Shown here: piece by piece, positions 40,221 through 58,154 of the stretch | Position numbering within the stretch: position 1 is the stretch's first letter | Layout: every line of letters begins with the position of its first letter | Assembly: GCA_002269645.1 (NCBI GenBank) | Contig: NIVC01003448.1 | Coordinates: 1 to 64,000, forward strand | DNA from: Macrostomum lignano | Taxonomy: Eukaryota | DNA: 64,000 nt | Reading direction: 5' to 3' | Notes under the pieces: generated by a model | Told to the model about the DNA's origin: nothing | Seen by the model: only the letters and a program-made list of their open reading frames with translations | The model's database searches: none | Position numbers and translations under genes: made by a program

Positions 40221-40837
40221 TCTTTTCAATTGGAGAACATGAATTGTGGCCCTTATAATTCAATTCTTACAGCAAGTCAATTGGAGTAAAAAATTATGAC
40301 ATAATCAATTTCTCAGTCAGCCAGAATCAGTCTCAATTTAAGTTGGCAATATGGTTACGCAATTTCATTCAAGTTTTGTGTGCATTTGTTCGGCACTGTT
40401 TTCAACTTGTTGTGATGCAATCTTTATCACAATCGGAATTCAGTCAGTCAGTTTTTTCTCTAGCATTCTTACAATGCATTTCAGGTCGAAAGAGCTGCTT
40501 GACCTTTGCAAAAAATCATGTTTTTCGAATATTTAATCCCTTTAACATTGAGCAATTTCTTAGCCAATATGCATGTACCGTCCCGGGAAAATTTCTGATC
40601 GAATGGTGCAAGTTTGAAGAAAATCGGTTGAGCCGTTCGGGAGAAAATCAATTACAAGCAAGCAACCAAGCATTTCATTTTTAGTATATAGGACTAGCAA
40701 TCTTCGCCCCCCGATGGGGGGCATCTAGATAGAATCTCTGGCACTCTACAAGTATCAAAAAGACGGCCAAATAAAGCCTTCACATAGACAATAGAAAAAC
40801 TGCTCAAATGAAGTGCAATGCAAAAAAATATCCCAGG

Positions 40838-41735
40838 ACAGCAAGCAACCCCCCAGATAGCAAGCACCCCCAGATAGCAAGCATCCACCTAATAGCAAGC
40901 ACCCTTAGATAGCAAGCATCCCCAGATAGCAAGCACCCTTGGATAGCAAGGCAAGCATCTCCAGATAGCAAGCACCCCCAGATAGCAGGCACCCCAGATA
41001 GCAAGCATCCACCTAATAGCAAGCACCCCAAGATAGCAAGCATCCACCTAATAGCAAGCACCCTTAGATAGCAAGCACCCCCAGATAGCAAGCACCCCCA
41101 GATAGCAAGCACCCCAAGTAGCAAGCATCTCTAGATAGCAAGCACCCCCAGATAGCAGGCACCCCAGATAGCAAGCATCTCCAGATAGCAAGCACCCCCA
41201 GATAGCAAGCATCCACCTAATAGCAAGCACCCCCAGATAGCAAGCATCCACCTAATAGCAAGCACCCCCAGATAGCAAGCACCCCAGATAGCAAGCACCC
41301 CCAGATAGCAAGCATCTCTAGATAGCAAGCACCCCCAGATAGCAGGCACCCCAGATAGCAAGCATCCACCTAATAGCAAGCACCCCCAGATAGCAAGCAT
41401 CCACCTAATAGCAAGCACCCCCAGATAGCAAGCACCCCCAGATAGCAAGAACCCCCAGATAGCAGGCACCCCAGATAGCAAGCATCCACCTAATAGCAAG
41501 CACCCCCAGATAGCAAGCACCCCCAGATAGCAAGCACCCCCAGATAGCAAGCACCCCCAGATAGCACGCATCTCCAGATAGCAAGCACTCCAAGATAGCA
41601 GGCACCCCAGATAGCAAGCATCCACCTAATAGCAAGCACCCCAGATAGCTAGAACCCCCAAGATAGCAAGCATCCCCCAGATAGCAAGCACCCCCAGATA
41701 GCACGCATCTCCAGATAGCAAGCACTCCAAGATAG
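40838..41735. repeat. 17-18-bp minisatellite (gatagcaagcaccccca)
   Basis: Inside Helitron A; a few similar units also occur at ~48955-48995. Confidence 0.95.
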
Positions 41736-41749
41736 TAGGCACCCCATTT

Positions 41750-43440
41750 ATGTTTGACATGGTAGCTGTTTTGTGTCTGACATGGTGGCTCTTTAATGTT
41801 TGAGCTGGTGGCTCTTTTATGTTTGACATGGTGGCACTTTAATGTCTGAAATGGAGTCATGTATACGCTTGACATGGTGACTCGTAGATGTTTGACAAAG
41901 TGGCTCTTTTATGTTCGACATGTGGCTCTTTAATGTTTGACATGGTGGCTCTTTAATGTTTGACATGGTGGCTCTTTAATGTTTGACATGGTGGGTCTTT
42001 AATTTATGACATGGTGGCTCTTTTATGTTTGACATGATGGCTCTTTAATGTTCGACATGGTGGCTGTTTAATGTTTGTTATGTAGTCATATGTATATGTT
42101 TTACATGGTGGCTCTTTTATGTGTGACATGGAGTCACGTATATATTTGACATGGAGTCACATATGTTTGACATGGTGGCTCTTTAGTGTTCGATATGGTG
42201 GCTCTTTAATGTTTGACATGGTGGCTCTTTTATGTTTGACATAGTGGCTCTTTAATGTCTGACATGGTGGCTCTTTAATGTTTGACATGGTGGCTCTTTT
42301 ATGTTTGACATGATGGCTCTTTAATGTTCGACATGGTGGGCTGTTTAATGTTTGTTATGTAGTCATATGTATATGTTTTACATGGTGGCCCTTTTATGTG
42401 TGACATGGAGGCACGTATATATTCGACATGGAGTCACATATGTTTGACATGGTGGCTCTTTAGTGTTCGATATGGTGGCTCTTTAATGTTTGACATGGTG
42501 GCTCTTTAATGTCTGACATGGTGGCTCTTTAATGTTTGACATGGTGGCTCTTTTATGTTCGACATGTTGGCTCTTTAGTGTTTGACATGGCTCTTTAATG
42601 TTTGACATGGTGGCTCTTTTATGCTTGACATGGTGGCTCTTTAATGTTCGACATGGTGGCTCTTTAATGTTTGACATGGTGGCTCTTTTATGCTTGACAT
42701 GGTGGCTCTTTTATGTTCGACATGGTGGCTCTTTTTGTTCTACATGGTAACTCTTTTATGTTTGATACGGTGGCTTTTTAATATCTGACATTGTGGCTCT
42801 TCTATGTTTGACATTGTGGCTCTTTTATGTTTGACATGGTGGCTCTTTAATGTTTGACATGGTGGCTCTTTAATGTACGACATAAAGGTTCGTTTATGTT
42901 CGACATGGTGGCTCTTTTAGGTTTGACATGGTAGCTCTTTTATGTTCGACATGGTGGCTCTTTTAGGTTTGACATGGTGGCTCTTTTAGGTTTGACATGG
43001 TAGCTCTTTTATGTTCGACATGGTGGCTCTTAAATGTTTCACATGATGGCTCTTAAATGTCTTACATGGTGGCTCTTTTATGTTTGACAATGTGGCTCTT
43101 TAATGTTTTACATGGCGGCTCTTTTATGTTCGAAATGGTGGCTCTTTAATGTTCGACATGGTGGCTCTTTAATGTTTGACATGCTAGCTCTTTAATGTTC
43201 GACATAGTGGCTCTTTTATGTTTGGCATGGTGGCTCTTTAATGTTCTTCATGGTGGCTCTTTTACGTTTGACATGGTGGCACTTTAATGTTCGACGTGGT
43301 GGCTCTTTAATGTTTGAAATGGTGACTCTTTAATGTTTCACATGGTGGCTCTTTAATGTTTGACATAGAGTCACGTATTTGTTTTACATGGTGCCCATGT
43401 AATGTTTGACATGGTGCCTCTTTTATGTTTGACATTGTGC
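41750..43440. repeat. 23/24-bp minisatellite (gacatggtggctctttaatgttt)
   Basis: Inside Helitron A, about 70 units. Confidence 0.95.
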
Positions 43441-43494
43441 TTTTTTATGTTTAGCAGTTTCGTGTTTTCAAGGTGTTTTATAAAAAAATTATTT

Positions 43495-43559
43495 TGCACT
43501 ACTAAGATTCGAACCCAGGTCGCTACGTTGGCAGTCCAGTCTGTTCGTATCTAGGCTAT
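43495..43559 (-). other. tRNA-Gly(GCC)-like degenerate segment in Helitron A
   Basis: Minus strand TAGCCTAG...gactggaCTGCCAAcgtagcgacctGGGTTCGAATCttagtagtgca: A-box-like start, GCC loop, B box. Confidence 0.5.
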
Positions 43560-44383
43560 CTCTTTTCAATTGGAGTACATGAATTGTGGCCCTTATAATT
43601 AAATTCTTACAGCAAGTCAATTGGGGTAAAAAGTTATGACATAATCAATTTCTCAGTCAGCCAGTATCAGTCTCAGTTCAAGTTAGCAATATTGGTTACG
43701 CAATTTTAATCAAGTCGTGTGTGCATTTCTTCGGCACTGTTTTCAACTTGTTGTGATGCAATCTTTATGACAATCAGAATTCAGCCAGTCAGTTTTTTTC
43801 TCTAGCATTCTTACAATGAATTTTAGGTCGAAAGAGCTGCTTGACCTTTGCAAAAAAGCATGTTTTTCGAATATTTAATCCCTTTATCATTGAGCAATTT
43901 TTTAGCCAAGATGCATGTACCGTCCCAGGAAAATTTCTGATCGAATGGTGCAAGTTTGAAGAAAATCGGTTGAGCCATTTTTTCTGAAATCTATCGCATA
44001 CCTACCCACATACAGACAACTCATTTTTAGTATATAGGATGATGAAGTTTTTAAGAAAATGTGCTTTTTCATTGATTTCCATAAACTATTTTTGCTTCGT
44101 TCTTATTGGGCGCCCCGATTTGAGTGCAGTATAACAACTTTGTTGAATTATTGTTGAATAAGTATACAGAAGGGTACCAGTAAAGTAGAATAACACGCAT
44201 TTACACATGCATATACTAGTCTAGAACTGATTTGAGTTTATACATCAAGATCAACAGCTTCTTAGTATCCTCAGTTCAAATTCCCTTTTAATAAGCTATA
44301 AACTATTCACGCACAGCATATATATGTAGCAGATAGGGCAGCTAGTAAAGCAGAGGGGGAAATGGAATAAAACAGAGGACGTG

Positions 44384-44570
44384 TAGGGTAGCTATCTCGT
44401 CAGTGTGCCGTGCGGATAAGCAGAAAATTATTCGCACGGCATATGTAGAAGATAGGGCAGCTATCTCCTCAGTGTGCCGTGCGGATAAGCAGAAAATTAT
44501 TCGCTGATTCGCACGGTACCATTGGAATAAGACAAATTATTCCTACGGTACCGTGGGGATAAGCACTGCC
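44384..44570 (-). repeat. right TIR of Mutator-like element
   Basis: Reverse complement of 32444-32624. Confidence 0.9.
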
Positions 44571-44618
44571 TGCAACAATATAGAACAGTTTTGGGTAAAT
44601 GTCAGGGATATCTATGAC

Positions 44619-45584
44619 GGCATTCCTTCAGTTTACAATCATTGAAATTAGTGACAATCCCCATTGGAGAGATAGGGAAGATACAAAATTGTTGTTTATT
44701 TCATCAAAATGCAAAAAAACAGTGTAGACAAGCACTCCAATCATTTTATTTATCCATCATAACATTAGTTGCATGTTCAAATGAAAAAAGAAGGTAAAGG
44801 GGTTATAGTGATCCATTTCACAGTTCCAAGAATCTAAAGATAACCTATATATCCACTTCGGTTTACGATCATTTAAATGGAAGAGATACATGTAAATGAT
44901 CGTGAACCGAAGCTAGCGTATGTGTGTAAAGGGGTTTTGGTGTTTTACAAGCTCTATCTGAAATCGATCACTATCTCAATACATGGCTAGCTTTGGTTCA
45001 CGATCATTGACATGTATTGCTTACATCTAAATGATTGTAAACCGAAGCTGAGGGGGGGTGGCAGCATGCAGAGAATAATAAAACATCAAGTTACTTGGGA
45101 GCGCACATTAACTCAAGATGACATTTCAATTGCCAACAAGCTACCAATTATTAAATGACTACATATGTCTTTGACACCCCCTCTTAGCTTTGGTACACGA
45201 TCATTTAAATAGAAGAAATACATGTAAATGATCGTGAACCAAAGCTAGCCATGTATTGAGATAGTGATCAATTTCAGATAGAGCTTGTAAAACACCAAAA
45301 CCCCCTTACACACATATGCTAGCTTCGGTTCACGATCATTTACATGTATTGCTTCCATTTAAATGATCGTAAACTGAAGTGGATATATAGGATCCTCGTC
45401 ATTGCCATGCCATGAAAGAAACCATTTGTTGGCTATTCTGTTCAGTTTTTTTAATGTAATGAATATGCTCAGTTTAACAATTTTTGTTTATTTCAAGCAA
45501 GCTATGATCATTTATATGAAAAATTACATGGGGATTGTGAACCGAAATGTGGGTGGAAAAATGATTGTAAACTGAAGGAATGCC
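44619..45584. mobile_element. 966-bp non-autonomous foldback DNA element (MITE)
   Basis: Perfect 25-bp TIR GGCATTCCTTCAGTTTACAATCATT (44619-44643 / 45560-45584); flanks TCTATGAC / ACTATGAC (7 of 8 match); internal long inverted arms ~44844-45062 and ~45173-45391. Confidence 0.8.
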
Positions 45585-45839
45585 ACTATGACTGTCTTAT
45601 TAGGGTGGCCTAAGGCTAGGCCACTAAATGCCTCGTTATCGAAATTCTAGGCCTAATTGCTACTAGGCCTATACTTGTATTCAATGCAAAAGTTAACATG
45701 TTCTATGTCATATCACATTTTTGAGCTATTAGTTTTAGACTCTGTAAATAGTATATATCTGTAGGTTTTCTACATTTATTCTAATCTAATAGAGTTATCA
45801 AGTCATCAATCATTCATTTATATAAAGCATAGCATAGGC

Positions 45840-46460
45840 CCTTAGTTTTTGCTAAATATATTGTAGGGCTTCTTATATTCTTGATATCCCACCCCTTAGT
45901 CACCAAAAGTTGTTGTAGGGCTGCTTGTTCTCACTGTAACTATCCTACTATTGCAGCCAAAAGCTTTCCTAAGGCTTTCTCTTCCTCTATTTATTATTTA
46001 GACCTATTCTTACTAAGTTGTAATAGGGGTGACTATTTTATCAAGCTCACTTAGTCTTAATGTACTTTTGCATATACTTTTACTTGTTGGTAGCGTGACT
46101 ACTTCTTTATCTACTTCTATGTTGGTAGCATCTATTTGTCTTGTCTATTGGTAGCATTTGTATAGGTATTGTACCTCTAGCCTGAGCAGTCTAATTGCAT
46201 TGCCTACTTTATTCTTACTCTTATAGAGGGTTTTTTCTTAGTCCAAGCATTCCCTAGATCAGAGGGTCACAGTCTACTTGCTGGGTATTCTGCCCTAAGG
46301 TGGATTTCTTGGACTCTGAGTCTGGATTATATACCATTTGGTAAGTGTTCTGCCCTCTAAGGCGATTTACTGCTCTAAGGCAGTCCTCTTTAGACTACTA
46401 AGTAATTCTCACTTTCAGCGGTTTTCAATTCTCCCAATTTTGAGGTTTCTTAGTGCTCAA
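45840..46460 (-). pseudogene. heavily decayed ORF relic (TE-like, family unknown)
   Basis: Long frames such as IEEEKALGKLLAAIVG*LQ*EQAALQQLLVTKGWGYQEY interrupted by many in-frame TAA/TAG/TGA. Confidence 0.35.
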
Positions 46461-47054
46461 GAAATTAAATAAGCCGATTTGAACAATTGCTTAAAGATTT
46501 TAATTGTTTGTATGTTCAAGTTTGCTTGAGTTGCTTGAAGGCAAGGTTGCTCTTCTTGGCCCGCTCTAGGTATCTATTTATACTCTTTGCACAATATATT
46601 TAAATATATCCAATCTTGATTACAGAGGTGCATCCACAACATTTAAACAAAAACTATACTAATTTCTTTTTTTCATAAATTCAAATACAGTATTTTCTAA
46701 GAAAAGTTTTTGTAATTAATATGTATAGGCCTACTGGAAGGTTTTCTATATAAAAAATGAGGTACACTACATCAAATGTTCAAGTAATTTGTTATAGATA
46801 TAGTAATTATTCACTGTTGCCAAAATGCAATATTAAAATAAAAAATGCAATTTCAAAAACTGCTTGTTTATATCACCTTTGAAACTGACTATTCTAGAAT
46901 CAACATAAACTAAAATGGTTTATGTTTAAATTTTTTAAATTTTTATTGTAATGATTTACTTTTTGTAGCTTTATAAACCATAAAAAATAAGGGTTAAAGG
47001 TCAAGGTGTGTGGCGAGGGAAGAATTTTAAGAAACTAGGTGATTAATTTAGATT

Positions 47055-48383
47055 TGAGGCGGAAGGCCTTAATTAGTTCAATAGATAGAATGGCAGGGAA
47101 GATTCTGCACTGCGTTGCGTGTGTATTTATATAATTATAACAAACAATGCAAGATTGAGGGGCCAAGGGAGGTGTGAAAAGGTGGCGTGGCGTGATTGGC
47201 TACGTCAACCCCCCCGGCTTAGCAAGCCGGCTAGCTTGGCGTACACCTACCCCACCTCAGCTAGACAGAGGTGGGGGGGGGTTTCCAGTGCGGCTGCACT
47301 GGTGCTGCCGGTCGCGTAGTCTGGCCACCACACAGCTCCCCCCAGCACCGAGCTAGGCCCCGAACATCGGGTGGTAGCCAAGGCCGCGAGAGTGCCAAGG
47401 AGTGGGCACCGAAAGCTAAGCGCCAAAGACCATGGAGCTGCTGAGGAGCGGGCACCAAAGACCGCAGGGGCGCAAGGCGGGTGCCAAAGGCGGCAGGGGT
47501 GCGAGGTGGGCGCCAAAGGTGGCAGGGGTGCAAGGCGGGTGCCGAAAGTGGCAGGGGCGCGAGGCGGGCACCAATGGCAGCAGGGCGCCGAGCAGGCGCC
47601 GATGGCAGCAGGGTGCCGAGCATGCGCCGACGGCAGCAAGGTGCCAGGTGGGCGCCAAAAGCAGCAGGTCGCCGAGCGGGCGCCGAAGGCAGCAGGGTAT
47701 CAGGTGGGCGCCGAAGGCAACAGCAGGGCGCCAGGCGGGCGAAAAAAGCAACAGCAGGGGCGTATGGCCAGACCACACCCAAGGCAATCGACAGTCAGTT
47801 GCCGCCGTGAGCCAGGTCAATGCTCCTGCACAGAGGCTGGGGACGTTAGGCTAGTAGCAGCAGTGCAAACCTAAAATTTGCTGCAGCGTGTGGCGCTGGT
47901 TGGTCCAACGCGGGGGCCGAAAGGCAAGACACCAGGAGCTACCGGGGGGCGGGCTGACTTGGCCAATTCGTGCTGCAGGGTACTGCTGTGCTGCGGAGCT
48001 GTTGTGCTGCTGTTGCGGTCAGCCAAGGCGGTTGGCTACCAGGACTGCACAGGGCCAACAAGGTAGGCCCAGGTAGGCCCAGCATTCCGCGCTGGGAGTC
48101 GGGCTCACCAATGAGGCGGAAGGCCTTAATTAGTTCAATAGATAGAATGGCAGTGAAGATTCTGCACTGCGTTGCGCATGTATTTATATGATTATAACAA
48201 ACAGTGCAAGATTAAGGGGCCAAGGGAGGTGCAAAAAGGTGGCGTGGCATGATTGGCTACACTAACCCCCCCAGCTTAGCAAGCCAGCTAGCTTGGCGCG
48301 CACCCACCCCACCTCAGCTAGACAGAGGCAGGGGGTTTCCAGTGTGGCTGCACTGGTGCTACCGGTCAGTAGTCTGGCCGCCA
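47055..48383 (-). mobile_element. TRIM-like non-autonomous LTR retroelement (1329 bp)
   Basis: LTRs 47055-47330 and 48112-48383, both TG...CA. 6-bp TSD TAGATT (47049-47054, 48384-48389). PBS TGGTGAGCCCGACTC (48110-48096, tRNA-Trp-like). PPT GGGGGAG (47342-47336). Non-coding GC-rich repetitive interior. Confidence 0.85.
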
Positions 48384-49194
48384 TAGATTCCAGATTACCA
48401 AATGCAATTTTGATGCTTTAAAAACCTTGATTGAAAGGTTTATATATGTTAAAGTTTTTTTGTTTATCTACTAACTTTATATTCTATTTATCTTGCTTTT
48501 TATGTAGGAAATTCTCTAGAATATTGCCATAGACCAGAATAACAATGGTTAAATATTGTATTTATTTATAAAAAATTGTGTATGCACCTTATTACATTAT
48601 AAAAAACAATGTCAAGCAACTAGTGCTAGGCATTATTGCCCATTTTGCTAAGTCCCCTAGGCAGATATATGTAAGAGTGTACAGTGGTCTTGAATTTTCA
48701 ATTGTCCAGCATATTCACATTGTGCCATGGCAACTTGGCCTTTAAAGGTATTAATTTCAAAAGGAGACTCAATCTAAGATTTTGTTAAGAAACAATTCCT
48801 TTTTCAGTTTTATAAATCGCCTTATTTGAGTAAAATTGTCTTGGACAAAGATGGTTACTAAGAACCTATCTTTTAAAAATAAGGACCCAACAAAATAAAG
48901 CCATTGAAAAGTTAAAAGACATTCCCCTAGGGCCCTAAATTGAAATAATCCCCCCAATAGCAAGCACCCCAGATAGCAAGCATCCCCCCCAGATACCACA
49001 TAAGAACTGAAATGTAAAACGCTGATAATACAGTCAACTATACAATGATCACCTTATAATAATTTATAGAGATTTAGTATATTTGGATTTAGTGTGAGTA
49101 AATTAGGGATTAATATTCTAAGAAGTGACAATCAAAATAAATATTTAACTTGCTCCATTCCTGCAGTTGCAACCCAATTAACACAATTGAAAAT

Positions 49195-55615
<6,421 letters not shown>

Positions 55616-55689
55616 GGATTGTTGACAAATCTTTTTGGTGATGGTTTTGATTACGTTTTATACTGCTATAATATTAGACGGTGTTAAAT

Positions 55690-56110
55690 TAGGTAGGCTA
55701 TTAGACAGTCTGTTCTATTAGGCTATTAGACAGTCTGTTCAATTAGGTCATTAGACAGTCTGTTCAATTAGGCTATTAGACAGTCTGTTCAATTAGGCCA
55801 TTAGACATTCTGTTCAATTAGGCTATTAGACAGTCTGTTCCATTAGGCTATTAGACAGTCTGTTCAATCAGGCTATTAGACAGTCTGCTCAATTAGGCTA
55901 TTAGACAGTCTGTTCAATTAGGCTATTAGACAGTCTGTTCAATCAGGCTATTAGACAGTGTTCAATCAGGCTATTAGACAGTCTGTTCAATTAGGCTATT
56001 AGACCGGCTGTTCAATTAGGCCATTAGACAGGCTATTCAATTAGGCCATTAGACAGGCTGTTAAATGAGGCCATTAGACAGGCTATTAGACAGTCTGTTC
56101 AATTAGGCTA
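55690..56110. repeat. 25-bp minisatellite (ctattagacagtctgttcaattagg)
   Basis: Starts about 75 bp after the PK stop, in the presumed 3' UTR. Confidence 0.92.
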
Positions 56111-56689
56111 TTAGTGTGATTAATCAATTTAGGCTCATTATTATTCTGTACTTGTGTAGTTTCTTCATAGATGAAGTTTTTACATTCTAGTGTCTCTATA
56201 TCTGATTAATTACGTCGTATTTACTAGAACTAGTTTCAGATTAGAAAATTTGATTGTGTTAAAATGTGTAGTCAACTTCTTCAAATATTGATTACTTTTT
56301 TATTCTAAGTTTGCCGCTAAAATAATTCAATGATGCAAATAATTCAAAGGCAAATTTTTACAAGTTAATTAAAACTATTAAAGATACTCCGTAGATTCGG
56401 ATTTACTAGAACTTTTCAACGTATCGGCAGACCCGGATTCCTGTCCAGCTATACAGGTAGTGTATTTTATTTTTTTAAATTCTAAGTTTAAATGTAACAA
56501 GTTTTTTTTTCCGAAAAATAATTTCAAAATTAGCATTAAATAAATCAGTTGGACTTTCATCTTACAAAAAAAAAAATTTTGAAGTATTTTAATGTTTTCG
56601 ATGCTTTTTTTATGTTCTGAAGTGGATGCTACAGTCCTAAATATTGTAGCTTAATAATGTAGGCTTAAAAAGACTAAATGATGTGGAGT

Positions 56690-56890
56690 GACTGGGCACC
56701 GCTGGTCAGCAGCCTCAGAACTCCACTGCCGCTGGTCAGCAGCCTCAGAACTCCACTGCCACTGGTCAGCAGCCTCAGAACTCCACTGCCACTGGTCAGC
56801 AGCCTCAGAACTCCACTGCCACTGGTCAGCAGCCTCAGAACTCCACTGCCACTGGTCAGCAGCCTCAGAACTCCACTGCCACTGAGCAGC
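56690..56890. repeat. 30-bp minisatellite (cactggtcagcagcctcagaactccactgc)
   Basis: About 6.5 copies. Confidence 0.95.
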
Positions 56891-57766
56891 AGCTTCGAAG
56901 ATGTCACAAAATCGACGTCGCTCTGTTGTACACTGCTGCATTATCCGACACAGGTATTGGTATACAAAGCTGACAGTACGCTGGTATTCACAATCTTAAG
57001 CGAGTTAATTTCGATAATACTCGTACACTCGCCAATCACTCAGCTCCATTCGTTGTGGCTCTGATAGACCGGCCATTTGGTGCAATGGACAACGTCTTGC
57101 AGAAAGTAATAATAAACACGTCTACTGACTTGTTGGACTTACAAGTACTCGTACTTGACATTCCGTGCCAATTCAAATTATCTACTGGTAATGCTGACAA
57201 ACTTCTCAAAGGGACTGATGTTCACTTTTTGCAACGAGATAGATAATGATTCTGTCAAGAACTGAATCTCATGAGAAGGCGCAAAGGTTACGGATATCCG
57301 CTGATGTTCGCCTCGAGCAGGGGCTTGGTACACTTGTCAATGGCGCAGATTTCGATTTGAGAACTCCCGAATCTTTTCGATTGCTGCTTCCATCTAGGGG
57401 GAGGCCGGCATTTGCCTCCTTGGGCTCTTAGGGTCCAGCGAGGGGTCCGTGTGCTCGTCTAGCATGGATTTAATGTTTGTTCAGTCCAATATCAACTGCC
57501 GATAATTCATCACTCGATTACGTTCTGCATGCTTGTTTGGGTCGATGCTCTCTCGAATCAGCCTCACCAAGATGCCGATTGTGCTCAGGTTGCATGCCAG
57601 CATCAGTGGTGTGCACTCGTGCGAGAATCGTGTCGACACTCCTCCCACCGGCAATGAGGTTCTCCACCGCTTGCAAGTCGTCCGCTTCAATCGACTCGAA
57701 GACCTCTTTGTCAGCGGGCTCGGCTGGCTCAGAGTTTTCGAGTTTAAATTCACAGGTGAAAATCAT
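56890..57766 (-). pseudogene. decayed ankyrin-repeat-containing gene
   Basis: VFESIEADDLQAVENLIAGGRSVD, frameshift, then CTPLMLACNLSTIGILVRLIRESIDPN (ankyrin-like); downstream long frame with several in-frame stops. Confidence 0.45.
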
Positions 57767-58154
57767 TTAATCGTCAGGTGAAAATCACTCAGAAACGATA
57801 AACCGAAATTTTTGTGTAGTGAGACGCCAGGGAGGCAACCATATAACCAAATATTTAACCATTCATAAAGTGCCTAATAAGGTTATGAGACGTGTTCTAC
57901 TGCTTGTGTGCATCGCAAAACCTGGATTTCGGTTGCCATGGTAACGGTTAAAGACTCGATTAATTGCGATTCGCTATGTGGAGATAAAAATGAGGCCTCG
58001 CCCCACCCTACTAACAGTAGACTGAGATAAATGAAAATCTTTAAACTTTGACTGGCGCACCAGCGACTGCAGCACCTGAGGCTACTTGATGAGTTAAGAT
58101 TACTTAAAGACTTGAGCATATTTATGCATTTGTACAGTACGTGTATGTCAGCAC

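Larger units (their letters stand above)
32664..40693 (-). mobile_element. Helitron B (8.0 kb, RepHel-bearing, probably defective)
   Basis: 5' terminus TCCTATATACTAAAA at 40693; 3' hairpin GCTCCCCGAAGGGGGGC (32694-32678) followed by CTAG (32667-32664); contains the Rep/helicase gene. Confidence 0.85.
40694..44039 (-). mobile_element. Helitron A (3.3 kb, non-autonomous, minisatellite-filled)
   Basis: Host A then TCCTATATACTAAAAA at 44039; hairpin GCCCCCCATCGGGGGGC (40722-40706) then CTAG (40697-40694). The 5' ~545 bp (43495-44039) is homologous to 40130-40693. Confidence 0.8.
32444..44570. mobile_element. Mutator-like (MULE/foldback) TIR element, 12.1 kb, containing nested Helitrons
   Basis: TIRs 32444-~32624 and ~44384-44570 (GGCAGTGCTTATCCCC.../...GGGGATAAGCACTGCC) with an internal ~60-bp duplication. 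Perfect 9-bp TSD TGCAACAAT at 32435-32443 and 44571-44579. No transposase seen. Confidence 0.85.

Noticed and set aside
32444-44570. autonomous MULE transposase or Helentron endonuclease inside the TIR element
   Set aside because: No DDE/SWIM or APE motifs seen; the Helitron termini are canonical TC...CTAG type.
47247-48191. multiple overlapping 100-170-aa ORFs
   Set aside because: GC-rich repetitive TRIM interior open in many frames, with no gag/pol motifs.
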